64,000 bases of DNA from Tubiluchus corallicola (taxonomy: Eukaryota > Animalia > Priapulida), in the NCBI GenBank assembly GCA_030141605.1, contig JAQGDQ010000013.1, positions 324,447-388,446 on the forward strand, given 5' to 3'. Positions 12,801 to 24,296 of this stretch are shown piece by piece (the stretch's first letter is position 1; every line of letters begins with the position of its first letter). The notes below the pieces were generated by a model. It did not search any database and was not told the DNA's origin. It was given only the letters and a program-made list of their open reading frames with translations. The translations under genes and the position numbers were made by a program.

Positions 12801-15800
12801 ATGGTAAAAAATTTCATTCCTGTCATTACTGTCTGGTTTTACTAACTATACATTTTGAACACTTAAGCTAATGATATACGGCTGCCAAAATATACAAGAC
12901 GGCTGATGTCGGCCATGTTAAAATGGCCGCCGAAATTAGACTACATTAATTTCAAATGGAAGATGATACATGGAATTTATCGAAGTGGCCGTGAAGACGA
13001 CGGCTGTCCTAAAATAGAAATGAGTTCTATTTTGTACGGCGTGCACTGGCCGGCTAAAGCGTTTCATCCAATCAGAAATCAGTATTCCAGCGTTGTTTTT
13101 TACTTTTCCCCCATGTTTCCTGCAAGTTTTGTTGGGGCACGATATGCATAATTAAAAAATGCTGTACTTGAAGAACAATCAGTTTCAGAGCAGGGAGTTA
13201 ACTCTCAAGTTCATAGAACTAATTGAGCAAGTAACATGTTTGTGGGACTATGGCAATCCAGCATACGAAAAGTCGTGCCTGAGAGCACATTTCAGCAACA
13301 ATGTGCATTAGTAGTAAGTCTTGAGATTACAAACTCAATAGTAAGTATGTGCAACAAATTATGTAACACTTTATGTATAATATGTTAATATTGTGCATCT
13401 AAACCTGAACATGCTAATAGTAAAGCAACATGCGTGCGTTGAAGTAGTTATAATGTGAACACATCATTTTTTTGCAAACAAGTACATTGCAAAAAGTACT
13501 GAAACTGTAAAAATTTTTCTCTACGCGATAAAACAATTAATAATTTTGTTGTCCATCCTTGTTTATTCCAGGTATTATGTTTCTAGTTGATAAAGCAAAA
13601 GAGAGACTCAAAATTTTGTTCATCAACTACGATTTTGGCGTTGCCTTTTCCTTTTTTATCTGTGTAAAAGTTGAAAAATTCTGAACCACTGTTTGCAGGT
13701 GACTGAATTCTTATGTGTTTTCCATCCAATGCTCCTAAACAATGTGGAAAATTCCACCTACATCGAAATTGTTCAGCAATGCTAATCCACTTCTCAGTAC
13801 TATCTAGAAATTTCAAATGTCTGTCTTTCAAAACTGCAGTTATAGCTCAACATGTTTCTGGAACTAACTGGCCAATAGTTGTTCTGTGAATGCGAAATAT
13901 GTCCTGCAAGTCAGAGAAACTACCTCCTGTAGCTAAATAACGTAGAGTAATCGCTAGGCGTTCTGCAGGCGAAGTGCAAGCTCTCATGTTCGTGTCCTGT
14001 TAATTAATTTCCACACTGACAAAATGGTGGCAAAAGTTTTGCTTGTACGGCCGTCATTACTGGCGCACTTTCTTCTACACAGGCGGCCATGCCGGGCGGC
14101 ATTACCATGCAGCCATGTATAGGGCGGCCGCGTATCATTGGCTTAACAACTGAGGCTGACATCAGGCAAATGTTGAAATGTCTTGTGATTTTGTTTTAAT
14201 AATATGAGTATATTTTATGCAAGCCCGTGTTTGAGATTTTTGTTAACCACTTTCTGTAGGGCCTATGTTTATTTTTTAAGGCATGTTAATAACATTTTAC
14301 AGTTTCGGGGGTAGTCCTGCTTTGTTAAATGTAAACTAGTTAGGCCCCTAGTGTCTGAGGTTGTTCCTGAGCTATAGGAAATGTTAGTATCAGATGTAAC
14401 AGTAAACGGTACACACTAGTGATATCTGTTGACTAATGAATAATTACAAAATCATGCTTTAATTGAAAAACAAAACTGTGGCTTGCGTTTTTAAATTAGT
14501 TTTATTGTGTGTTTCTAAGAGATTTAGTTCAATGTTTCATGGAAATTTCCTTGACTTGTTATTAATAGTACATGGTTATTTTGTTCTTGCTGTTCTTAGT
14601 TCAGTTTGCAGTGGCTTGTGCTTGCTTAGCCATATCGCCAGCGCAGCAAGAACAACTTGCCAAAGAGAGCTGGGATAAAGCGCCAGAAAAACTTAGGAAT
14701 GAGACGCAGAAATTCATGAACTGTTGTGGATTTAAAGTACAAAAGAAAGGACTATCTTGTGAAAATGTGAGCTGCATGAATGTTGTTGGAATTTTAAATT
14801 TTAGTTGAAAAAAGTGTTGTGCACAGTTCACCCACATGCATACACAATGCTTAATACTAACTGATCTATTTTAATATTATTGGACTTTACATGATTTTGC
14901 ATAATATAGCAAGTAGGAATGTTGAAGGTCTCAGCTCTGTTCTTACTTTGTACTTTTGCTACAGTAATTTTTATATAAGCAGTTATTATCACACTATCTC
15001 CATATGGTAAGGTGAGCCAGGTTAAATGCAGTTGAGCCCTTTATATAAACGAAAATTACAAATTGCAGTCTTATTACCAAGAACTTTAACTTTGATGCAT
15101 TGAAAGAAAAGTGCTTTGATTAGAAGCTCTAGGTTCATGTCTGAGCTTGGCTGACCATGGACACCAGTTTCAGGATTTTTACAGAAATTTCTGTGATAAT
15201 GGTAACCAAATTTCTTTTCCATGCATTTTTAAGATGTTATAAAAAATTATGAGAATCTTGTTTATGCCAAAATTTTGTAGGTTTGCAACACAATATTATT
15301 ATTGTATACACACTTTCTCGTGATTGCTGCATGATCCCTGTTGTATGATACACCATATACATGTCTGGTTATTCTGTAATGCATGCAGTTTTTTGTAGCC
15401 TTGTTGAAAAGTAATTTTTCATTGCATTGCTGAGAAATAAGTTTTATAACTAGTGCAAAAGCATTAAAAGTACGTCTAGTTTCTAGTCACTGAATAGTCA
15501 TACAAGGCTGTGACTTTGGTGTCAAACACTTACTGGCTCGGTAAAGGAGAAAAAAGAACTGGTAGCTAATGCCTTTGCAGTGTTAAAATGAAGCACACAG
15601 TAATATTGGGGAATTAATTTTTTTCTGCTGCAGCTAAGTTGTTGTAAGAATCGGACTGCTGATCAGAAACCTGACTACTGCAATGGTAACAGCACGTCAA
15701 GCGCAGACAAAAATGCTTGTCAGACTTGCTGGGATGCTTCAAAAGACAAAATCTGCAAAGGTCTGAAGGTAGTTGGTGGTGTCGGCTTGTTTTTCAGCTT

Positions 15801-16136
15801 TACTGAGGTAACAATTTATTGGAGCTATTGTGTTAGTAAAGGCAAATAAAGATGACAAAAGAGATTTTCCCCATCAAATCTGTGAATTTTGCAATTATGA
15901 TTTTTAGATAGGCAGTCATCTGATTTAATTAAAAATATCAGTCCTTAGATTTTTTTAAAATGTGTACACTGACTGTATGCAACTAACGCAAACATTACAA
16001 TTTGGGCAATTTTGTTGTGAGCTTATATTTAGTAATTATGATTTTTTTTAATTGTTAACAGTTTCTTGGAGTGTGGCTTACTGTACGTTTTCGAAATCTG
16101 AAAGACCCTCGAGCTAACCCATCTGCCTTTCTCTAA
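9900..16136 (+). CDS. TSPAN13: Tetraspanin-13/31 family protein (isoform with last exon 5a; 227 aa from the first ATG, second in-frame ATG at 9906)
   Basis: Exons 9900-9968, 11792-11959, 14569-14766, 15634-15807 and 16062-16136, all phase 0. They give MACGGFVCSKN..., GAIKHHQVLLFF|YMVIL, CCGF, GGVGLFFSFTE|FLGVWLTVRFRNLKDPRANPSAFL*, diagnostic of TSPAN13/TSPAN31 (likely co-orthologue of both). Confidence 0.96.
11151..11282. repeat. Tandem duplication, ~69-bp unit x2
   Basis: AAAACAATTAAAAAATATT.ATTTTATATGAGTTCAGCA.TAATAATTTTTTATTCAACTGCA at 11151 and again at 11220. Confidence 0.9.
11960..14568 (+). other. U12-type (minor spliceosome) GT-AG intron
   Basis: 5' splice site GTATCCTTT at 11960; branch site TTTCCTTGAC at 14546-14555, about 14 nt before the AG at 14567-14568; no polypyrimidine tract. 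Confidence 0.92.
12866..14143 (-). mobile_element. Internally deleted PIF/Harbinger DNA transposon
   Basis: Imperfect ~21-bp TIRs (AGCTAATGATATACGGCTGCC / GGCGGCCGCGTATCATTGGCT) in TTAA context. Minus-strand HARBI1-like transposase piece at ~13999-13669 (QDTNMR...ERLAITLRYLATG...WNFPHCLGALDGKHIRIQSPANSGSEFFNF, one in-frame stop). Plus-strand MADF-like piece at ~13190-13310 (TLKFIELIEQVTCLWDYGNPAYEK). Confidence 0.9.
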
Positions 16137-16159
16137 CTACTGCATGAAACTAACAAACT

Positions 16160-16165
16160 AATAAA
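16160..16165 (+). terminator. Polyadenylation signal for tetraspanin exon 5a
   Basis: AATAAA 24 nt after the 5a stop, followed by a GT-rich tract (GGTGTGTTTGGTTTGTTTC); lies upstream of the 5b acceptor. Confidence 0.6.
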
Positions 16166-16484
16166 GTAGGTGTGTTTGGTTTGTTTCATTTATTTTTTAA
16201 CATTTTTGTTCTTAAAATAGTTTGAAAGTATGTCGTAGTTACATAGTACTTACTAAAACTCCTTCAATCTTTAGCTTATAGTTATAGTTAACAATTTATG
16301 ATGCTAATAGTATTGTGGTTTCTCAGTGTTGTAAAAGTTGAAATTCTAGAAAGATTTAACATCTATACATTTGTTAATGTATGTATTTGTGATCATAATT
16401 TAACGGACTCCATTGCAGCCTTTTGCCTTTAAAGAATTAAATTGTCAAGTTAACTGTTTGTTACACGTGTTTTTGGCTTTTCAG

Positions 16485-16559
16485 GTTATTGGAGTAATTA
16501 TGGCTTACATTTATCGACATATGCGTGACCCTAGAGCTGACCCCAGTGCATTCTTATGA
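16485..16559 (+). CDS. TSPAN13: Alternative last exon 5b of the tetraspanin
   Basis: Acceptor TTTTGGCTTTTCAG, phase 0, 75 nt like exon 5a; encodes VIGVIMAYIYRHMRDPRADPSAFL*. Confidence 0.88.
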   Translation, partial: VIGVIMAYIYRHMRDPRADPSAFL

Positions 16560-19500
16560 GGATAGGATTTTTTATGCGAGAATAGCATAAAAAACACATT
16601 TCGTTTCTGTTGAAATTTTTAAACTTAGTCAATTTGTAAAATTCCGTTGCTTTATTGCACATTTGTTTGCAATTTTTTGTTGTTAGATGCATGAATGGAC
16701 ACGTATTTGTTTGTATATATGTGAAAGTGTTTAGTTAAATGTGACAAAAGTAATGTTGTTGTTCAACACATTCATGGTTTGATGATGGTGCAAGTCTAGT
16801 GTGACAACGGTAAACGGATCTGAATTTGATCTGACATTCAGTTCTTTTAAAAGTTAGAGCTCTTAAGTTTCAATAAATATTTTGCTCTGTGGTACTACAG
16901 TCGACCAGGCGTACCTTCATATACTGGCCAAGGTTCCGTCTTGTGACTTTTTTTTAAATTTGCATTGCATATCTGATTTGCTGTTTACAACAAAACTATT
17001 CACCTTTGACGTTTCCCATTTGAAGGGAAAACAATTTTCCCAATGGTCTTTTTCCGAATTTTTGTACTAGTAATTACTGTTTAGTGTTTCTAGCATGTAT
17101 TAACTGTCAGACTTGACACTTCCTTGATGTACTATAATATATTGGTGTGCTTTAGTTTTGACTTTGATATGATTACAATATGTTTCTATAATTAAACTTT
17201 AAAGTAAGCCCATTGCTTTTTGCTGAAATATGAGGCATTCAAACCTTTATATAGTATTATAGAGCTTGCAAACTCGTTTTTGTGGAATAGCTTCTACTAC
17301 ACTGTTCATTTTGATTTTTTATCAAAATGTATATTAAATTATTTACTTTCCAAACATACACGAATATGTACATGCATAGTTTTACATATGTATATAATAT
17401 ACATACTCATATTCACCGGTGGTACACATAACATGTAACCATATTTCATGTAAGTTGCATAAATTTTAGTTCAGCCTAAGTTTCTTTTGAAGAATGTTAG
17501 ACATTGTCTCTAGTTTAGGCTGAACATGTTACTTACAAATATTTAAAACAATTTCTTGCACGTTACTCAGTTTGTCAATTGTTCGGAAATATTTTTGATT
17601 GCCTTTTGACTCCACATGCCATAATATGCATAATGCTAAATGTTATTACTTTACTATTATGATAGCTCTTTGAGTACTCTCACAATATTTGTATTTTTAG
17701 CATTTGCAATTTTTATTAAAGATATCCCAAAGATTAGATTGTGCACTTCTGTGAACACATAACATCCAGGAAATGATTATTAAATTTTGTTTGCTTGAAT
17801 CTCATCTTTACTATTGTAGTTGAAAAAATGAAAATTCATGTACTGTTTTGCTGCTGTACAAACTGACTTACAGTTTTGTATATATTGTTTGTTTTAGAAT
17901 GTGTAGCTGTGGGTGTAGAAATTAAAAGGATATTTGGTAGTAATGTAACACTTATTCTTACATATCAGTGGGTGGTATCACATGCCTTGCATAACATTTG
18001 CTGCCTACTAAAATTGTTATTGTAGTAATAGAAGTTGGCACATCCTAAAGAGCTTAATCGAAAATCTGGACTTGGGTTATTCGAAACACTTACACCAAGT
18101 TTTTTTACACTGTATCACCAGTGTCAAAATTTTAGCAGGTGAAATTTTAACTATTCAACCTGGATATTTTGTAATTAAAGGTTTGTTTAATTACTGCTTT
18201 CTTACAGCTTGTGAACATTTTACTTCAGCGGTTTACAGTCTTTCTTAAAATGTGATGGTGTAAAGTTTTGTAGCAACTGCACAATGTTAATTATAGAAGT
18301 CTGGATAGCCTACAGATGCCAAACTTTTGTTTTGTATTATTCATTGATTCATTTAGTTACAAGTAGTATTTTATGATGTCAGATCATTACATGTAAAGTA
18401 GTTTTTTTCCAAAGCATGAGTGTGGTTTCATCATTTAATTTTTTCTAATGTGACATTGTGCTTCTTGTGAATATGGCTAAGTTTTAGCTCACTGGTACTA
18501 ACACTTACGTACTGTGTTTCTGTTTTGTTGTTAGCATTGTTTTTGCTATTCTGATTCATTTTGTAGTGATTTATTTTCTTTTTTAATTTTACCCTTTAAG
18601 CAAATTCTGGAAAGCTGTTGTTGGTTTTGGACCTATTATTGGTTTAATTTTTTTCATTTATTCATTGGTCAAGAAATGTTGCTGTTTTTCAGCGAGCACC
18701 TGGACAATCTTATATTTTCTAAATGTAAAAGGGCCTAGTTATTCTAGAAGTGGAAGTACCACAGTGGTTTAGTAAACTTGTTACTTTGCATCAGAAGTGG
18801 CTTTAGTAAGTTTTATTCAGAATGATAAGCTTATCATTTGTGACAGCGGTATTGTTGTTTATGTTGTTTATTGTTCTATGTCAGTATTCCCATTATACTT
18901 ATTTTTACAGGTATGCATAGTTAGCTGCTAATAGTACATTCTTCTGTTTCACTTTAGGAGTAAGAGTGAAAAAGACTAGAGAGTTTCTGGAAGTATATTA
19001 GAATTTCTGTTACAACCAAGCTTATTTCCTTTTTGACTTGTTTGTCACACTGCTTTTGTAAGACAAATGCCAAAGAAATGGTTAACGTTGATTTTGATTG
19101 GCCATTAAAATGCAAGATTAGAAAAATTATCACAAATGATTTGTCTACCAAATTAGATAGACTTTTCTGAATGTGATCTGTACAAAAGAGGGGCACATGA
19201 TTTTTGTAGTATTTATTTATAGTGCTAAATTAATAAATTGTGTAAAAGAATGCAGCTAATCAGTGCAAATGTCATACCACTCTATGAAATGTATACGAAA
19301 CAGTCGCAAAACTTGCCTTGATGTTTTTTGCGATCTTAAAAGTCTATTGTGATGAATAGCTGAGTGGTCACTGTGTTCGTTTGTCCTTAACCAAGACTAT
19401 CAGATGACTGCCAGAAAGGATGTTCTTGGTTGGTTTCCTCTGTCTTGCTTCCTCTGCTTCTGCCTTGCTGCTTGTGAGTGTGTCCCTTGAGGAGAAGTCA

Positions 19501-19984
19501 TATAAGCACTAGAAAGTGGCTAAAATATCTGTAATAGTTCAGTATATCGTCTTTCATTTAAAAATGAGTATCTGGTTGACTGCTGGGTTCTAGCTTACAG
19601 TGTGCCGAACTGTATAAAAAGTATTTATACAAATTTGTAAATAGTTAAGTTGCTAGGTTAGTCTAAGTGAATGTTGTTACTTGTCATCATTATAATTAAT
19701 ATGTCGTTATAATTTATAACTTATTCTTACTACATTGTTTTACCTTTGAAATCAGTTCAAATTTGTTTACTTGACAAATGTTTTTTACGTGTTACAAAAA
19801 TTCTGCTTGGGTTTTTATTTTTGCCGGCTTTCTTTGAAACATTTTTTGGTAATATTTGTGACAGGAACTGTAATTTAGCTGGATTTTACAATAAATCAGT
19901 TTCTTCTCAACGTTAAAGTCGATTGTTATGAATTTTGTTTTAACACTCAGATGCCTGCGTTAATTGGAATTGGTAGTAAACCCA

Positions 19985-20855
19985 GCAAATTCTGCAAGAA
20001 AGTTTTACAGGGAATGCCATACAGGATTTTTGTTGGGGTTGCAGCAAATTTTTTGTTGGTATCGCTGAAAGAACTAAGTTTTATAGGTATTCCATTCGGG
20101 ATGTAACAATATTTTAGGCTCAAGCCTTCCAGGAGGTATTGCATATTGAAAATAGGGCAGTTGCATAGGAAGTCAACGTGTGAGTGGGAAGTCGTATAGG
20201 TTGCTACAAACGCTTTATAGGGCAAGCTGTATAGACAGTTTAAGAGGTAACAAAGTGCAAGAACGTCTATCATAGATTGCTTTTACCCATTTCTGAGGAA
20301 CATACAGCAAGATACAATGGCAAGTACAGCAATTTTTGATTTTGTCCATGTTGACGACGATGACCCGGTACAGGACTGACCACTCGGGCCCGATTCTTGG
20401 AATGCGTCCAACCAGGCAAAAAGTAGCAGAAAAATGTTATACATCGGATAATAAAAATTTGTTGAGAATAGCGTGTAGCAATGTTTGACAGGAAGTCGTT
20501 CATAAGAAATAACTGGTGAGTCACTAACAGATTTTTGGAAGCTATATAGGAGCTTTTGCAGGCGAATTACTAGAGATAGTAAACTTTTGTGGAAAAGGCC
20601 ATACGACAGGTAAAAAAATTAGACCGATGGATAAACCGATCGAAATTACAGGAAAGCTATGCAGCAGGATTTTACAGGGATGATATATTGCGGTTCGTAA
20701 TCCTTCGTAGGGAAGCCAAAGGCGATGACGGAGTTTTACAAGGATATCTTGATGGACGTAGCAAACTTACAGGAAGGTGAATAGGGCTTAACGGTAATGT
20801 CATACAAGATGTAGCAAACTTTTACTGGGAGATGCCATATAAGCACGTAAGAAGC
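19985..20855. repeat. Highly degenerate ~30-35-bp minisatellite-like region
   Basis: Recurrent variants of GTAGCAAACTTTTACAGGGAAGCCATACAGGAT (e.g. near 19985-20025, 20200-20235, 20578-20610, 20810-20842), interrupted by unique sequence at ~20270-20480. Confidence 0.5.
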
Positions 20856-22191
20856 TTAGTTAGTATTATAAACATGTTGTCAAATGAGTGAGTCTAGCTT
20901 GAAAGTCCAGATTGCATTTATTGCAAACTATTGGTCACTTGGGATAACAAAGAGAACAAAAGCATTCGTAAGCGTTGCTAAATCTAGCAATGGCCCTCGA
21001 GTTTCTGATATATTAACTATAATGCAAATTAATAAGCATTTTAACTGACGTCGCCATTGTTTTGAGTATAACGTACAACCTTCTCCACGTATATACGTAT
21101 GCCATATCGTCTCCGTGTATACGAAAGTATAATCTCCGTATAATGAAACAAACTTTTCGTTGAAAAATGTTGAAAAACCATTTTCATTCAGAATACATAT
21201 AATTGTATGCATCTGAGATGGCTCGAATGAAGTGCAACGTTGCACAATATTTCCTGTGTTTACACTTGCAGGGCGAAGGGTATAGCGCAGAGACTGAGGC
21301 TTGTGCTTAGTGACGGAAGTTAGCAATGTTCGGCCCTACTAGTAAATAGATGTCATGAACAACCACCAGGAAAAATGTCTCTGGGCGTTTCATCACGGTC
21401 CTACCATCTAATGCTGGCTTGCAGTGTGCCAAACCGTAAAATCAAGTTAGGAAAATGCAGGTATTAAAAAATAAATTAAGCGGTGCAGGTTCACTTGCAT
21501 AGCTAAGTGTAAAAAAACATTTACTATTACTCGGGGATATCATCAAAACACAACAACAAGAAAAAATAGAACGTATAAAAACACGTAAACCAAAGTAATT
21601 ATGTCAATTATCTTGTTTCAACTTCCGCTAATATAGATAGGCTCAGGGAGCCAGATTTATAGTCAGGCTTGTAGTTTTTGTATTCTTTACGTATACTTAA
21701 TTTTTAAAAGACACTTACGTAGAACTTCATGAAATTGCAAGCCATTGACTTCTGTTTAAACAACATAAAAATATAACATGACTATTGTATCTGTTTAAGA
21801 AGCGTATTACGCACAATTTAATGTACCTTTCATGTAAATATTTATACTTTCCACTACGTCCATCATAACAAGTGTATACAGACTCATTAAAGTTTAATAT
21901 TTATACATATGTATTTTCCATATTACATTACATGTTCATATAAATTTATATTAAATACAGTTACTTACATGCACGACATGGCAAACAAGCTATTTTACAG
22001 ATTACGTAATATTGTATATCCTAGCTAAACATTCAAATTATAAATAAACAATAAAACAAAAGACAAACGAACAAAAACGTACATGCACGGGTCGGACATA
22101 AAACATTAGAAAGAGAAATTAACTTTCACAAAATAGACAGGTAACAAAGCAAAACGCAGATTTGTCTGCTAACAAGATGTAATTGTTGCAG

Positions 22192-24082
22192 TTAGTTAAC
22201 ATTTTTTTCCTGGCCACAGAAAACCACGTGTTTCCTAAGGTCTCGTTTCTGGGCGAAGCTCTTGCCACAATTGCCGCAGATGTTACTCTTAGTATGAGTG
22301 CGAAGATGAGCTCTCAGATTGGACTTGTCAGAAAATCTTTTTGTGCACTCGGCCGTCGTGCATTTGAAGGGCCTTTCTCCCGTGTGAACGCGAATATGGA
22401 CTTTGAGGAGCCAGTTGCGCTTGAAAGATTTGCTGCAAAATGGACACTGATGTCGAAAATTAGAGTCCATGTGTGTGGTGATATGCTGACCGTACTCCTG
22501 TAGCGTTCGAAAGAACGATGAACAATAATAGCATTTTAAAAGGAAAGGAAGCGGAGAGGAACGATCCAGGCGAAGTCTTATTATGTCTTTTGATGGACCT
22601 TTAAGGCGTGGATTTTGGTTAGTGGATGAGTTGGGTTTTTCAAAACAGCTCGCTGTCTTTGTGCTTGCTGCTTCAACTGTTTTATCGTCTTTCTTTGTTT
22701 TTTCGTGTTGGTTTGTGGTGTGTTTGCTAACATTCACTAGTAGTTGAATCGTTTCTTTGTTGCCAGTAGAGTTTTGCTTCCTTTTTGTAGCTGAACGACC
22801 TCTGACTTTCGAAGATCCATTTTGTGTTAAAATTGCACTTTTAATCTGGGATTTTGGCATGCCTACATTCAAGGGGGTGGCCTTCTCTTGTTCCAGAGAT
22901 GACGAAATCTGTGGAAGAACATCAGTTTTCATCTGGAACGGCATTGGCTCTATAATTTCCAGGGAGACTAGTGGTCGGCTGAATAATGGTAAGTTGGATC
23001 CGTCCTGTTGCATCCACCATCTTGTGACGATTGGCAGATAACTCCAAGATCTGTACTTGACTATGCCTCCAAATTTGTGTACAGGTTTTTCTACTGATCG
23101 CGATCTCTTCACCGTGCAATTCTGGATTGAAGTAGTTGGTTTAGTTCTTCGATTTATCAATTTTCCCGAACGCGTTTTTGTTATTTCTGCTCCTTTGCTA
23201 TGATCTGCAAAATATTTTTAGTAAACTATTGTTAAATTTTTAAATGTACTTTAAAAGTATCCTTTTCTGGCGGATTCACAGCCCAGTGGATACACTACCA
23301 TACTTTTCGTGAATGGCTTGTGACCACCTATGTTCGCTGCTCATTCTGGGAGGCTTTGTTTGCCAGATGGTCCTACAGATCATCGCTAGGAATGAAGACG
23401 ATCCTAGCTTCATTTGTGTACTTCGTAATTTCTAGATAGGCTTGTGTAATATATATATATATATATAATTTTATTACATGGAAGTTAGCCGTTATTTAGA
23501 AGCCGTTTCGTGGTGTTATTAAAATTTAAAACGCTGAGCTCTTCAATATCTCATGTAAACAATCTCTAAATAATTAAAAGTGGGGCCGGCCTACGCACGT
23601 AATCTTATATTTCCGCGAGAGCGTGAGACTCATGTTCGCATTTATTGTTCGCAAGTTTGATTCAGTAGTCATATTTTAGATACCATTATCATTATTGCTT
23701 TTTTTCTGTTTGTTACATGCAGCCTTAGATACATGTCTGATCCCGTGTCACCAAGTAAACGTCGCGGATATAGCCAGAGTACGAATGAGCAAGAATATCA
23801 CAACCGTCTAGAATCTTAAAGTGATAATTCTAATTCCTAAGCATCACGATTATGTAGAATGCAGTACAAATTGAACAAATACTTTTAGAGGCTCTAGACC
23901 TAATTATAAAAACCCAGAAACCAAAAGGCCCAAATGTTCGATAAAACCAGCGCCCATTCTCTGGACCCTGTGACTCCTACGTTTACAGTACCTCTACGTT
24001 TGATTCTACCACGCTCCGCAAAAGCAAATCTTTCTTCTATTGTTCTTTTGTCTCTAACACTTCGTAGAAAACAACGAGGCAT
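22192..24082 (-). CDS. Divergent Snail/Scratch-superfamily C2H2 zinc-finger transcription factor (~367 aa)
   Basis: Exon 1 24082-23992 starts MPRCFL (SNAG-like) and ends AG|GTACTG in phase 1. Exon 2 23204-22192 follows a phase-1 TTTTGCAG acceptor. Four fingers, including [28 protein letters not shown]...[14 protein letters not shown] and a terminal C2[23 protein letters not shown], parallel Snail/Scratch RPWLLQGH, DRSNLRAH and KSFALKSYLxKH. Confidence 0.85.
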
Positions 24083-24198
24083 TCTTACTACAAGAAATAT
24101 TTAGACTCCAATAGATCGTTTTCCGCCTGCACTACTAGAATTGCAGTAATTTCTAAAACAATGCACAAACAATGTTAGTGAGGTGATTTTGTATACAA

Positions 24199-24296
24199 TG
24201 ACGTCATAAATTAGATCGAACAGGTGTTTTAATAATGAAGTAACAACACAGCCGCAGCAAAATTCGATCCAACACGACGTTCCTACTTTCTATATA
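24199..24296 (-). promoter_or_regulatory. Candidate promoter/5' leader motifs of the zinc-finger gene
   Basis: TGACGTCA at 24199-24206, E-box ACAGGTG at 24220-24226, and minus-strand TATATAG near 24290-24296. Confidence 0.35.

Noticed and set aside
16775-16840. TGATGA...CTGA pair suggesting a C/D snoRNA
   Set aside because: Only ~55 nt, no clear terminal stem, and located in a probable 3' UTR.
22183-23041. Plus-strand ORFs overlapping the zinc-finger gene
   Set aside because: Typical antisense shadow ORFs of C2H2 coding sequence.
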